In this document: positions 49,340 through 58,132 of the stretch, piece by piece
How positions within the stretch are numbered: position 1 is the stretch's first letter
Layout: each line of letters starts with the position of its first letter
Assembly (NCBI GenBank): GCA_963809485.1
Contig: CAWEJX010000007.1
Span: forward strand, 640,001-704,000
Length of the DNA: 64,000 bases
Direction of reading: 5' to 3'
Origin: an uncultured Acidobacteriota bacterium
Lineage (GTDB): Bacteria; Acidobacteriota; UBA6911
The notes under the pieces: model-generated
Told to the model about the DNA's origin: nothing
The model's input: the letters and a program-made list of their open reading frames with translations, nothing else
Database searches by the model: none
Translations under genes and position numbers: made by a program

Positions 49340-50158
49340 TTAGTAAAGAACGGCATTCTCACCTTGTTTTTCTATAAGTTCTTCAAAATAGGTTACGATG
49401 CTGTCGCGCCGCTTCATAACCGCCCCGACCTCAGCACTATTGAGGCAATCCTTCGTTCTTTCTGCCAGTTCCTGCCCATCAAGAGCCTGAAGCCTTTCGA
49501 GCAGGCTGCGGCTGCAGCGGACCAGGTCTTTGGGATTCTTGAGCTTGGGATTGAGCCGGAAGGCGCGTGTGAAATCAATCATATACACCTTCCAGTCGTT
49601 GCCAATAAGTATATTGGTGGCGTTGCGGTCCGTGTCGTAGATCAGCTGGCTGAACACCCGCAACTCGTATATGGATTTGTTCCATGATTCGGGGTCGGGC
49701 GCAGGAATTTTCTTTTGCAGCCTGTCGGCTTCGTCCATCTGGACATCGAGCCACCAGGCCAGCGAACCCGTTTTCCCGTTCCACCGCCGTAAAACCGTTA
49801 CAGGCAGCATGTGATCCAGGCCCAGAAGCTTTGAGAGTTCATAGGCTGCAACGTTATAGAGATAGGAATCCACAAAGTTGATCTCGCTGGTCCCGGTGGC
49901 GAACTGCTTGAAGTTGCGCCGCTCATCGATGGATTGAAAAAGCGCATCATGAGTGATTTTGCCATCTGTAAGAGTCAGGCGATATGGGGAAGTAGTTCCC
50001 TTGCTCGTTCTTTTGGACTGGATCACCTTCGCATTGAGAAGAAACTCGCGCTTTTGCTCCGCCGTCAGCTGCTGTGCTGTCTGCGCAAGGCACAGGGTTG
50101 AGAACAACACCAGGGCAATTACGGGCAGCCGCTTGAGGCGCAATCGATGGATCTGCAT
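49340..50158 (-). CDS. Secreted atypical kinase-like protein (PI3/4K-, Fam20/four-jointed-like motifs)
   Basis: Signal peptide ending CLA-Q; KGTT loop, YNVAAYELSKLLG..LPVTV, LIYDTDRNATNIL, MIDFTRAF. Confidence 0.7.
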   Translation of the reverse strand: MQIHRLRLKRLPVIALVLFSTLCLAQTAQQLTAEQKREFLLNAKVIQSKRTSKGTTSPYRLTLTDGKITHDALFQSIDERRNFKQFATGTSEINFVDSYLYNVAAYELSKLLGLDHMLPVTVLRRWNGKTGSLAWWLDVQMDEADRLQKKIPAPDPESWNKSIYELRVFSQLIYDTDRNATNILIGNDWKVYMIDFTRAFRLNPKLKNPKDLVRCSRSLLERLQALDGQELAERTKDCLNSAEVGAVMKRRDSIVTYFEELIEKQGENAVLY

Positions 50159-50398
50159 GTTAAACCCTTTCAAACCAGGTGCTGTTTTTAGTTTACTACC
50201 CGCTCGATCCGTGAGGCAATCGGCGAGTTCCATGGCCCTGCGTAAGGACGACGCTCCGGAACGGGCCGGATAACGCCCGGGGGCTCTTCCGGGCGGCCCC
50301 GGCAAACCGTCTTTGCCCGAACCCAATTTGTTGATGATGGCACGGCGGCTTTTGTATTAAGCTTCGCCGCTGAGGGCGGACATACCCGCGAGAGGATT

Positions 50399-51826
50399 AT
50401 GCAAGATTCTTCTGCCTTGAGCGCATTCTTCAGACCGAACAGCGTTGCAGTTCTCGGAGCTTCCTCCGACCCGAAAAAGCTTGGCCACACGGTGCTTAAA
50501 AATCTCATTTCGATGGGTTACCGGGGCAAGATATTCCCGGTCAATCCGCACGAGGAATCGATCCTTGGCCTGCGCTGCTGCCGGAGCCTCCTGGAGGTTC
50601 CGGAACCGGTCGAGATTTGCGCCTTGATCGTTGCGGCCGACCGCACCCTGCAGGTTGCCGCGGAGATGGCGGAAAGGAAAAAACGATGCAACGATATCCT
50701 GGGCGCAATCTGCATGTCTGCCGGCTTTGCAGAACTCCCAGCCGGCGAAGCCCGGCAGAGGGAACTGGTCGATATCTTGAGATCCGCCTCCATCAGGCTC
50801 ATTGGCCCCAACTGCCTGGGCATCATCGATACCTGCAGCGGATTCAATACCAACTTCGATATCTCAACCTATCCCAGGGGCGGCCTGAGCATCCTCACCC
50901 AAAGCGGCGCTTTCGGGAATTCGTTTTTGCTCTGGGCCCGGGAGATGCGCCTGGTCGGCTTGAGCAAGTACGCCTCCATCGGCAACATGGCCGACGTCCA
51001 TATGGCCGAACTGCTCAGGTTTTTAAAGGACGACACCTCGACGCGTGTGATCGGCGTCTACCTTGAAGGGCTTTCCGATCCGGAAGAATTCTTCGATGCC
51101 GCCCGCGAAGTCACACCGGCCAAGCCCGTTGTCGTCATCAAAGCGGGCAGAAGCGCCCAGGGCGCAGCCGCCGCCCGCTATCATACCGGTTCTCTTGCCG
51201 GCGCCGACGCGGTTTATGACAGCGGCTTCAAACAGGCGGGCATCCTGCGCGCCGGAACCGTCGCCGAGTTTTTCGACACGATGCGGGCTTTTGAAAGGCA
51301 GCCGGTTCCCGACGGGGGCCGCGTCTGCATCGTCACTCACATGGGAGGGCCCGGGACAATCTGTGTCGATGAAATCTCCGCGATCCCGGATATCGAGCTT
51401 GCGCGGCTGTCGCCCGAAACCCGTGACGCCCTCAAGAGCGTCTGCCCTCCGATGGCCAACATCGGCCACCCCGACGGCTACGTGGATCTCACGGGAGCCC
51501 ATACCGAAAAACTGTACGGCCGGGTGCTCAATATTATTTTCCGGGAAAAAAATGCCGACCTTTATCTGCAGCTCATCGGCCCGAGCGTCTACCTGGACCA
51601 GAAGCAGATGGTTGAGGAAATAATCGGCGCCTATGAGGCTCAGCCGGTCAAAAAGCCGTTCCTGAATGCGGTGACCTTCGGACACTCTGCCCGGGAGACC
51701 CGGCAGGGACTCGAAGACGCAGGCATCCTCACCATAGAGCATCCCGACATGCTTGCCAGGATTGCCGGGAACATGATTGCCTACGGCAAGTTCCGGCGTA
51801 AAGCGGCAACGCGGACGAACGCGTAA
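50399..51826 (+). CDS. Acyl-CoA synthetase (ADP-forming) alpha subunit / acetate-CoA ligase family
   Basis: FRPNSVAVLGAS, IGPNCLG, QSGA, SIGNMADV, phospho-His motif HTGSLAG; no ATP-grasp domain. Confidence 0.9.
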   Translation: MQDSSALSAFFRPNSVAVLGASSDPKKLGHTVLKNLISMGYRGKIFPVNPHEESILGLRCCRSLLEVPEPVEICALIVAADRTLQVAAEMAERKKRCNDILGAICMSAGFAELPAGEARQRELVDILRSASIRLIGPNCLGIIDTCSGFNTNFDISTYPRGGLSILTQSGAFGNSFLLWAREMRLVGLSKYASIGNMADVHMAELLRFLKDDTSTRVIGVYLEGLSDPEEFFDAAREVTPAKPVVVIKAGRSAQGAAAARYHTGSLAGADAVYDSGFKQAGILRAGTVAEFFDTMRAFERQPVPDGGRVCIVTHMGGPGTICVDEISAIPDIELARLSPETRDALKSVCPPMANIGHPDGYVDLTGAHTEKLYGRVLNIIFREKNADLYLQLIGPSVYLDQKQMVEEIIGAYEAQPVKKPFLNAVTFGHSARETRQGLEDAGILTIEHPDMLARIAGNMIAYGKFRRKAATRTNA

Positions 51827-51872
51827 CGCTGACAAACACGGATAGATACGTAACACGGAAGGACGCACATAC

Positions 51873-51900
51873 AAAAAAGGCCGCTCCGAAGAGCGGCCTG
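51873..51900 (-). terminator. Intrinsic terminator on the minus strand
   Basis: GGCCGCTC-TTCG-GAGCGGCC-TTTTTT. Confidence 0.8.
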
Positions 51901-52361
51901 ATTCGCGGAGTATGATATGAAAGGTTGTAGATGAAGCCTTTTATGCCTGAATAATAATGCAAGAAGAGTGCCAACTGATGGATCCCCTTCCGAAAGAGCG
52001 CCAAACGAGCCTCCAATTGTCATGAAATCATAGGATTAGATCCGATCTGCGGCCCGGCCGGCGGCTGCGGAGGATCTGCCGCGCCTGCGGAAAATGTAAA
52101 ATTGTTTGACACTCCAGTGCCCGGCCGCCGCAAAATAAAACAGGCGGCCCGCTGTAAATAACTGTGTCGCTTGCCATTACGCAAAAGCCGGGCTCTGTAA
52201 AGCTTTTCGACGAACCTCCCTTTTCCCGGACAGGAAAAGGAACAAATATTGTTTCCCGCGATATCTGTGATTATGATGGAGTTCTGATGCAATAGGGAGA
52301 CCGGGTGTGCCGGTTGAGCCGAAATCGAGTGGCAGCATTGCATGGATGACACGGAGTGCGC

Positions 52362-52523
52362 ATGAATCCTGAAAGAGAAGGGGGCGGACCTCCGCCCGTT
52401 GCCGTCAAAGATGAACCTCCGCCCTTTCTGCGCACATGGAACCGGCTGTATGCGGCCATCGTGGTTTATACCTGCGCCCTGATTCTGGCTTTGTACCTCA
52501 TGACCGTCACTCTTAACCGCTAG
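52362..52523 (+). CDS. 53-aa single-TM accessory protein of the SSS transporter (not in the ORF track)
   Basis: MNPEREGGGPPPVAVKDEPPPFLRTWNRLYAAIVVYTCALILALYLMTVTLNR*, ending 6 bp before the symporter. Confidence 0.75.
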   Translation: MNPEREGGGPPPVAVKDEPPPFLRTWNRLYAAIVVYTCALILALYLMTVTLNR

Positions 52524-52529
52524 CTGCTC

Positions 52530-54275
52530 ATGCACATCGTCGACTGGATCGTCATCGTTGTCTATTTTGGCTATGTCATCGCGGAAGGATTCCGCCATGG
52601 CAGAAAGAACAAAAACCTCGATGACTATTTCCGTGGAAAACGGTCCCTGCGCTGGTGGGCTGTGGGCCTCTCGGTGATGGCCACGCAGGCCAGCGCCATT
52701 ACGTATATCGGCACCACCGGCCAGGCGCACGACGCCGGGATGTCTTTCATCCAGGTCTACCTGCCTCAACCCCTGGTCATGGCGGTCCTCTGCATGACCT
52801 TTGTCCCGTTCTTTTATCGGGCCAACATTTTCACGGCCTACGAATATCTTGAAAGACGCTTCGATTCCAGGACGCGCAGCCTGACCAGCTTTCTGTTCCT
52901 TATGTCCCGCGGCCTCGCCGTGAGTCTTGTCTTATATGCGCCCTCGATTATCCTGGCCGTCATGTTCGGCTGGAGCGAAGCGGCCACCATCCTGGTGATG
53001 GGCGCGTCGACGGTGCTGTATACCGCCGTGGGCGGCAACAAGGCCGTAATCATGATCGACGCGAAACAGATGATGCTCATGTTTGCCGGCATCTTCGTGG
53101 GCATTGCGCTCTTTGCAGCCCAGTTCCCGTCCGGCTATTCCGTTACGGACGCAGTCCGGCTGGCCGGCCTGCACGGAAAGTGGAACTGCATCGACCTCTC
53201 GCTTGATCTCAAAAACTCCTACACCCTGCTCTCGGGAATGCTGGGCGGCTTTTTCCTGGCTCTATCCTACTTCGGCTGCGACCAGAGCCAGGTGCAGCGT
53301 TACCTGACCGGAAAATCGCTTACCGAAAGCCGGCTGAGCCTCGTGTTCAACGCCTTCCTCAAGGTCCCCATGCAATTTCTTATCCTGGCCATGGGGGTCC
53401 TGATGTTCGTGTCCTACCATTTCGTCAAACCGCCGCTGAACTTCAACGCCGCCTACCAGGACCTGCTGGTGCGCAATGCCGGCGCCGAGTATGCCGGGCT
53501 GGAGAAGAGGTACGACGCTGTCTTTCAGCTGAGAAAAGAGGCGGCCCTGGCCCTGAGAGACGCCCAAAGGGCCAACGACCCTGTCCGGCTGGATGCCGCC
53601 GAAAGGCGCACCTTCGAGGTCGAGGCCGCGTACATGGAAGTGCGGAAGGAAAACCGCGACCTGCTCAAATCCGTCCTGGGATCCGAGCCCTCGAGCGAGG
53701 TCAATTACATATTCCCGTCCTTCCTGATCCGGCACGCCCCCGCGGGCATCCTGGGAATCATGCTGGCCGTCATTTTCGCGGCCGCCATGTCCACTTTCTC
53801 GTCGGAGATCAACTCGCTGGCCAGCGCCACGATCATTGATTTTTACCGGCGGTACTTTCGCAGAACGGCCAGCGACGCGCACTACCTTTGGGCTTCCCGT
53901 GGAGCCACCCTTTTCTGGGGCGTGTTCGCCACCGCGGTTGCCTGCTTCGCGGGAAGGCTCGGATCGCTGATAGAGGCCGTGAACAAGGTGGGGTCCTATT
54001 TTTACGGGCCGATTCTGGGGGTTTTCCTGCTTGCCTTCATGGTGCGCCGCTGCCGGGGGACAGGGGCGTTTTGGGGGCTTATTGCGGGCGAGGTTGCCGT
54101 TCTGGCGGTGGCCTATTACTCCTCGATTTCTTGGCTCTACTACAACGTCGTAGGCGTCGCCGTCGTTCTGGCTGTGGGGACGCTGATCAGTCTTTTCCGG
54201 AAAAATGACAGCGGCCCTTACTCGGACGGATCTGCGAACTTGTCCACGAATTTTAACGCTGACGCACGCCGATAG
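52530..54275 (+). CDS. Sodium:solute symporter
   Basis: DYF, SVMATQASAIT, TAYEYLERRF, DQSQVQRYL, FAAAMST. Confidence 0.93.
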   Translation: MHIVDWIVIVVYFGYVIAEGFRHGRKNKNLDDYFRGKRSLRWWAVGLSVMATQASAITYIGTTGQAHDAGMSFIQVYLPQPLVMAVLCMTFVPFFYRANIFTAYEYLERRFDSRTRSLTSFLFLMSRGLAVSLVLYAPSIILAVMFGWSEAATILVMGASTVLYTAVGGNKAVIMIDAKQMMLMFAGIFVGIALFAAQFPSGYSVTDAVRLAGLHGKWNCIDLSLDLKNSYTLLSGMLGGFFLALSYFGCDQSQVQRYLTGKSLTESRLSLVFNAFLKVPMQFLILAMGVLMFVSYHFVKPPLNFNAAYQDLLVRNAGAEYAGLEKRYDAVFQLRKEAALALRDAQRANDPVRLDAAERRTFEVEAAYMEVRKENRDLLKSVLGSEPSSEVNYIFPSFLIRHAPAGILGIMLAVIFAAAMSTFSSEINSLASATIIDFYRRYFRRTASDAHYLWASRGATLFWGVFATAVACFAGRLGSLIEAVNKVGSYFYGPILGVFLLAFMVRRCRGTGAFWGLIAGEVAVLAVAYYSSISWLYYNVVGVAVVLAVGTLISLFRKNDSGPYSDGSANLSTNFNADARR

Positions 54276-54395
54276 ACGCTGACGCACGCTGAAAAAATAT
54301 TTATAAATATTATTTTCTCAGCATTTTATTTTAATTGGGTGAGGACGTCTATGCAGAGACGTCCTCACTAAAAATCAATGGAGAGGTGTCCTCGC
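54224..54395. repeat. Repeat R3, copy 2 (reduced), overlapping the symporter 3' end
   Basis: aacgctgacgcacgccgata..acgctgaaaaa..ataaatattatttt..attgggtgaggacgtct shared with the other copies. Confidence 0.75.
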
Positions 54396-54407
54396 CTAAA
54401 ACTAAAG

Positions 54408-54632
54408 CTAAATCTTGATCGGCTGGCAGAGGTTCTTCGCATTTTTGGCCGACCTGCCGCAGAGAAAACATATGTACTGCGCATCCTTGGCCAGCTTGGC
54501 GGCCGTACCCATATTCCTGAGTGAAATAATGTGGCACAGGTGATGCTCGTGATTGGGGTGTGCGTCGGCAAGCAAGGGCTGCATCACTTCAACGTCAGTC
54601 AATACAACATCCTGTTTCTTCTTGGCGGCCAT
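54408..54632 (-). CDS. Small His/Cys metal-binding protein
   Basis: HPNHEHHLC...YICFLCGRSA...NLCQP; RBS AAGGAG. Confidence 0.8.
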   Translation of the reverse strand: MAAKKKQDVVLTDVEVMQPLLADAHPNHEHHLCHIISLRNMGTAAKLAKDAQYICFLCGRSAKNAKNLCQPIKI

Positions 54633-54787
54633 TGAGGTCTCCTTTCGTCCTATAAAACGCCGGTTATTACTCCAAACCTTGACTATATATAACGTCCCGC
54701 CGGCACCCTGGCAATATCGCGAACCACGATTTTTGCGGCGCTAAGCTTTCAGGTCGTCGCTGCCGCATGCCGGAACGCTGCCGAGGG

Positions 54788-55693
54788 CTATGGTCCATTG
54801 CCGGGCTGCCTGCCTTGGGATATGGAGCTGTCCGGCGGAACACTCCGGGTGAGCCAGACGTTCCCGCCGACCACCGAGCGGGCTCCCACGGTGATGCGTC
54901 CGAGAATGGTCGCGCCCGCATAGATCACGACATCGTCCTCGATCACGGGATGCCGGTCGATTCCTTTGATGAGGTTGCCGTGCTCGTCCATCGGGAAGCT
55001 CTTGGCGCCGAGCGTGACCCCCTGGTAGATGCGGACCCGGTCGCCGATAATTGTCGTTTCCCCGATCACGACTCCGGTCCCGTGATCGATAAAAAACTTT
55101 TTGCCGATTCTCGCCCCGGGGTGTATGTCGATGCCCGTCACGCTGTGGGCGTTCTCGCTGAGTATTCTCGGGATCAGGGGCACGCCGAGCGCGTACAGTT
55201 CATGGGCGACTCGGTGATTGGTGATTGCGAAAATCCCCGGGTAGCAGAATATTGTCTCGCCCGGACTCTTGGCTGCCGGATCGCCTTCGTACGCGGCCTG
55301 GACGTCCTCCCCGAGATAGCCCATCACATCAGGAAGCCTGGCGATAAAAGTGCGCGTAATGGCCTCCGCCTTTTCCAGGCACTGCTGCGTGCTGCCGTCG
55401 CCCGTGCAACCGAAACAGAAGCCGCGGCGGATCTGTTCCTGCAGATTGATGGATACCCGGTCGAGAATTGCGCCGACATGAAACGCCATGCCCTCTTCGC
55501 TGAATTCGGAGAGCTGGAAATAGCCCGGGAAAAGGACGGAGCGCAGCTGGTGCATGATCTCGACGCAACTGGCCCGCGATGGGAGCTCGACCTTGCAGTT
55601 TTTGGGCCCTCGAGGATGAAAGGAAAGCTGCTGGCATGCCGCCACCAGGCGGTTGGCCACCGATGTCAATGAAGTGTTGTCGCTATCGCTCAT
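54788..55693 (-). CDS. cysE: Serine O-acetyltransferase (EpsC/CysE type)
   Basis: AYEGDPAA, CYPG, TGIDIHPGA, FFIDHGTGVVIGET, YQGVTLGA, RHP. Confidence 0.92.
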   Translation of the reverse strand: MSDSDNTSLTSVANRLVAACQQLSFHPRGPKNCKVELPSRASCVEIMHQLRSVLFPGYFQLSEFSEEGMAFHVGAILDRVSINLQEQIRRGFCFGCTGDGSTQQCLEKAEAITRTFIARLPDVMGYLGEDVQAAYEGDPAAKSPGETIFCYPGIFAITNHRVAHELYALGVPLIPRILSENAHSVTGIDIHPGARIGKKFFIDHGTGVVIGETTIIGDRVRIYQGVTLGAKSFPMDEHGNLIKGIDRHPVIEDDVVIYAGATILGRITVGARSVVGGNVWLTRSVPPDSSISQGRQPGNGP

Positions 55694-55731
55694 CTCCTGA
55701 ATCCCCCATTACTCCAATAATAGCATTATCA

Positions 55732-55760
55732 GAACGTTCAACGTTCAACGTTCAACGTGG
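55732..55760. repeat. Heptamer tandem repeat (aacgttc)n
   Basis: gaacgttcaacgttcaacgttcaacgtgg. Confidence 0.7.
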
Positions 55761-55764
55761 AATG

Positions 55765-57057
55765 TCAGATCGATCCCTTCTTAATTATGCCTTCCATCAC
55801 GTCGGCGAAATAGTCGATTTCCCGCACCGACAGGGACACGTTCACGACCGCACGAATCCCGTCGATCCATCCGTCCTGGTGTTTCACGGGCGTGACGATG
55901 ATGCCCCACTTGTCGAGCAGGTGCCCCATGAGTTTCGCCATTTCCATGCCTTCAACCTTGAAGGCAGCCACTCCACAGGATTCGGACGGGTCCAGGCTCG
56001 AGTAGAAATGCACCTTCGGAAACGCGCGGAGGCGGTTTGCCCAGCGCTCCTTGAGATAGCGTATGCGGGCCGATTTGCGCTCGACGCCAATTCCCTCGTT
56101 AAAGGTGACCGCCTCCGCGATCGCCACGCGGTTGGCCGGCGTGCGCGTCCCGACATCTTCAAAGCGGCGTATGTCGTTCGGATCGTCGACTCCCGGGGGC
56201 GTCAGCGGCCAGATTTTGGAAATGCGGTTTTTGGGGATGCGCACGAAACCGTTTCCGGGCGGCGCCATCAGCCACTTGTGCAGGCTCGCGGTGTAGTAGT
56301 CGCAGCCGAGGTCCGCGAGCTTGAACGGCACATGCATGAAACCGTGGGCGCCGTCGACAAGCACCTCAATCCCTTTCGCATGCGCCATGTCGGAGATCCT
56401 GCGCACCGGAGCCATCTGGCCCGACCAGTGCGTCATGTGGCACACCATAATGATCCTGGTCCGCGGCGTCACCTGCTCCTCCACCATCTGGTAGAACTTG
56501 TCCAGCGGAACCGGGGGAGGCGGAAGCGCAACTATTTTCAGCACGATGCCATCGCGCTTCTCCCGCTGCTTCCAGGAGTTGATCAGCTTGGGGTAGTCCT
56601 GACTCGTCGTGATCACCTCGTCGCCGGGCTTCAGGTCGTATCCCATGATGGGAATCTGGCCCGCCTCCGTGCCGCCGCGGCAAATGACGAGCTCTTCGGA
56701 ATCGCAGCCCAAATGGGACGCCAGCCTTCGGCGGCAGCTCTCGATTTCATTCGCGAGAGCGAACATGGAATGCGCGGCCGCGTTGCCCGTATATTCGTTG
56801 TGCCTCCGCACGGCATCCTGGACGATGCGAAGACCGTTTTGAATGGTGCCGTTGTTCAGGTTGATCAGGTTGCGGTCTTCGGTGAAAGCCTGCTGGACCT
56901 GGAACCAGAAGTCCTCGTTGCCCGCAACCTGCTCGGGGCTCTGTCCGGCCGTGTCGCGCCCGGCGGCCAGGATTTGTTCATGAATGCTGCCGAAAGCGCC
57001 GCTCGCAACGCCGGCCCCTGCTACACAGCTTTTCAGGAAATTGCGTCTGTTCCACAT
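55765..57057 (-). CDS. Tat-exported class V PLP enzyme (isopenicillin-N-epimerase/cysteine-lyase-like)
   Basis: NRRNFLK; INLNNG, LVDGAH, SLHKWLMAP (PLP Lys). Confidence 0.9.
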   Translation of the reverse strand: MWNRRNFLKSCVAGAGVASGAFGSIHEQILAAGRDTAGQSPEQVAGNEDFWFQVQQAFTEDRNLINLNNGTIQNGLRIVQDAVRRHNEYTGNAAAHSMFALANEIESCRRRLASHLGCDSEELVICRGGTEAGQIPIMGYDLKPGDEVITTSQDYPKLINSWKQREKRDGIVLKIVALPPPPVPLDKFYQMVEEQVTPRTRIIMVCHMTHWSGQMAPVRRISDMAHAKGIEVLVDGAHGFMHVPFKLADLGCDYYTASLHKWLMAPPGNGFVRIPKNRISKIWPLTPPGVDDPNDIRRFEDVGTRTPANRVAIAEAVTFNEGIGVERKSARIRYLKERWANRLRAFPKVHFYSSLDPSESCGVAAFKVEGMEMAKLMGHLLDKWGIIVTPVKHQDGWIDGIRAVVNVSLSVREIDYFADVMEGIIKKGSI

Positions 57058-57139
57058 AGCGTCTCCTTTGCATGCCGAACCATCTATAGGCTTTTTTGTA
57101 GTGAAACGCCAGTCCAAAACTGGTCGCAGGCAGTAGAAA

Positions 57140-57438
57140 GGACGGCTCTCCAGAGACTGTCTCAAAACTGCCCGCGAGCATCTCGCGACAGTCGTTTTGG
57201 GACCGACTCTGGGGGCCCGTCCATAAATTTAACGCGGACGAACGCCGATAAACGCTGACGTACGCTGAAAAATTTATAATAAATATTATTTTCCCAGTAT
57301 TTTATATTGATTGGGTGAGGACGGCCCTCCGGAAACTTTCTCAAAACTGCCCGCGAGGATCTCATGACAGTCGTTTTGAGACAGTCTCTGGAGATCCGTC
57401 CTCACTAAAATAAAGGTCTCTGGGGAGCCGTCTTCACT
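57140..57438. repeat. Repeat R3, copy 3
   Basis: Same two-hairpin plus core architecture as 47200-47465. Confidence 0.8.
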
Positions 57439-57457
57439 GGACTCGGAGGCTGGGAAT

Positions 57458-58132
57458 TCAACGGGAGTGGCGGAGGCCGAGGCGGGGGCACTGGAGCGCC
57501 ACGGGGCATCTGCTGCACCAGGGGGATACCGGCACGCACAGGTTCTGGCCGAAAGTCACAAGAATGTCGTTGTAGGTTTTCCAGTGCCGCCGGGGAAGCT
57601 TGCTGCGCAGCGCGAATTCGGTTTGCTCCGGAGTTTTGGTCGCGACATACCCCCAGATGTTGGAAATCCTGTGCACGTGCGTATCCACGCAAATTCCGTA
57701 ATCCCCGAAGCCGAGAGTCAAAACCAGGTTGGCTGTTTTCCGGCCCACCCCGGGAAGCTTCAGGAGTTCATCCATGGAACGGGGAACTTTGCCGCGGTGG
57801 CCGTCGAGGATGCGCCGGCAGGTTTCTTTCAGGTTTGCTGCCTTGGTCCGGTAAAAACCGACCGGGTAGATCAGCCGCTCGAGTTCCCGGACCGGCAGGG
57901 AGGAAATGGCCTGCGGCGTGGGGGCACGCTCCAGCAGCCTGCGCGACGCGGCTTCGGTCACCTTGTCCTTGGTGCGCAGCGACAGGATAGTGCTCACGAG
58001 TGTTTCGAAAGGACGGTCTGCGGAATCGTCCGCGATTACGCCCACGGCGGGCACTTTCCATTTCCGGATTTCTCTTTTCAGAGTGCGCAGGATGGCGTTG
58101 AGCGTCGGCGTATCCATCGGCAACGGATGCAT
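57458..58132 (-). CDS. nth: Endonuclease III
   Basis: PFETLVSTILS, HhH LPGVGRKTAN, VDTHVHRI, C-x6-C-x2-C-x5-C cluster; TGATG overlap with the upstream gene. Confidence 0.93.
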   Translation of the reverse strand: MHPLPMDTPTLNAILRTLKREIRKWKVPAVGVIADDSADRPFETLVSTILSLRTKDKVTEAASRRLLERAPTPQAISSLPVRELERLIYPVGFYRTKAANLKETCRRILDGHRGKVPRSMDELLKLPGVGRKTANLVLTLGFGDYGICVDTHVHRISNIWGYVATKTPEQTEFALRSKLPRRHWKTYNDILVTFGQNLCVPVSPWCSRCPVALQCPRLGLRHSR

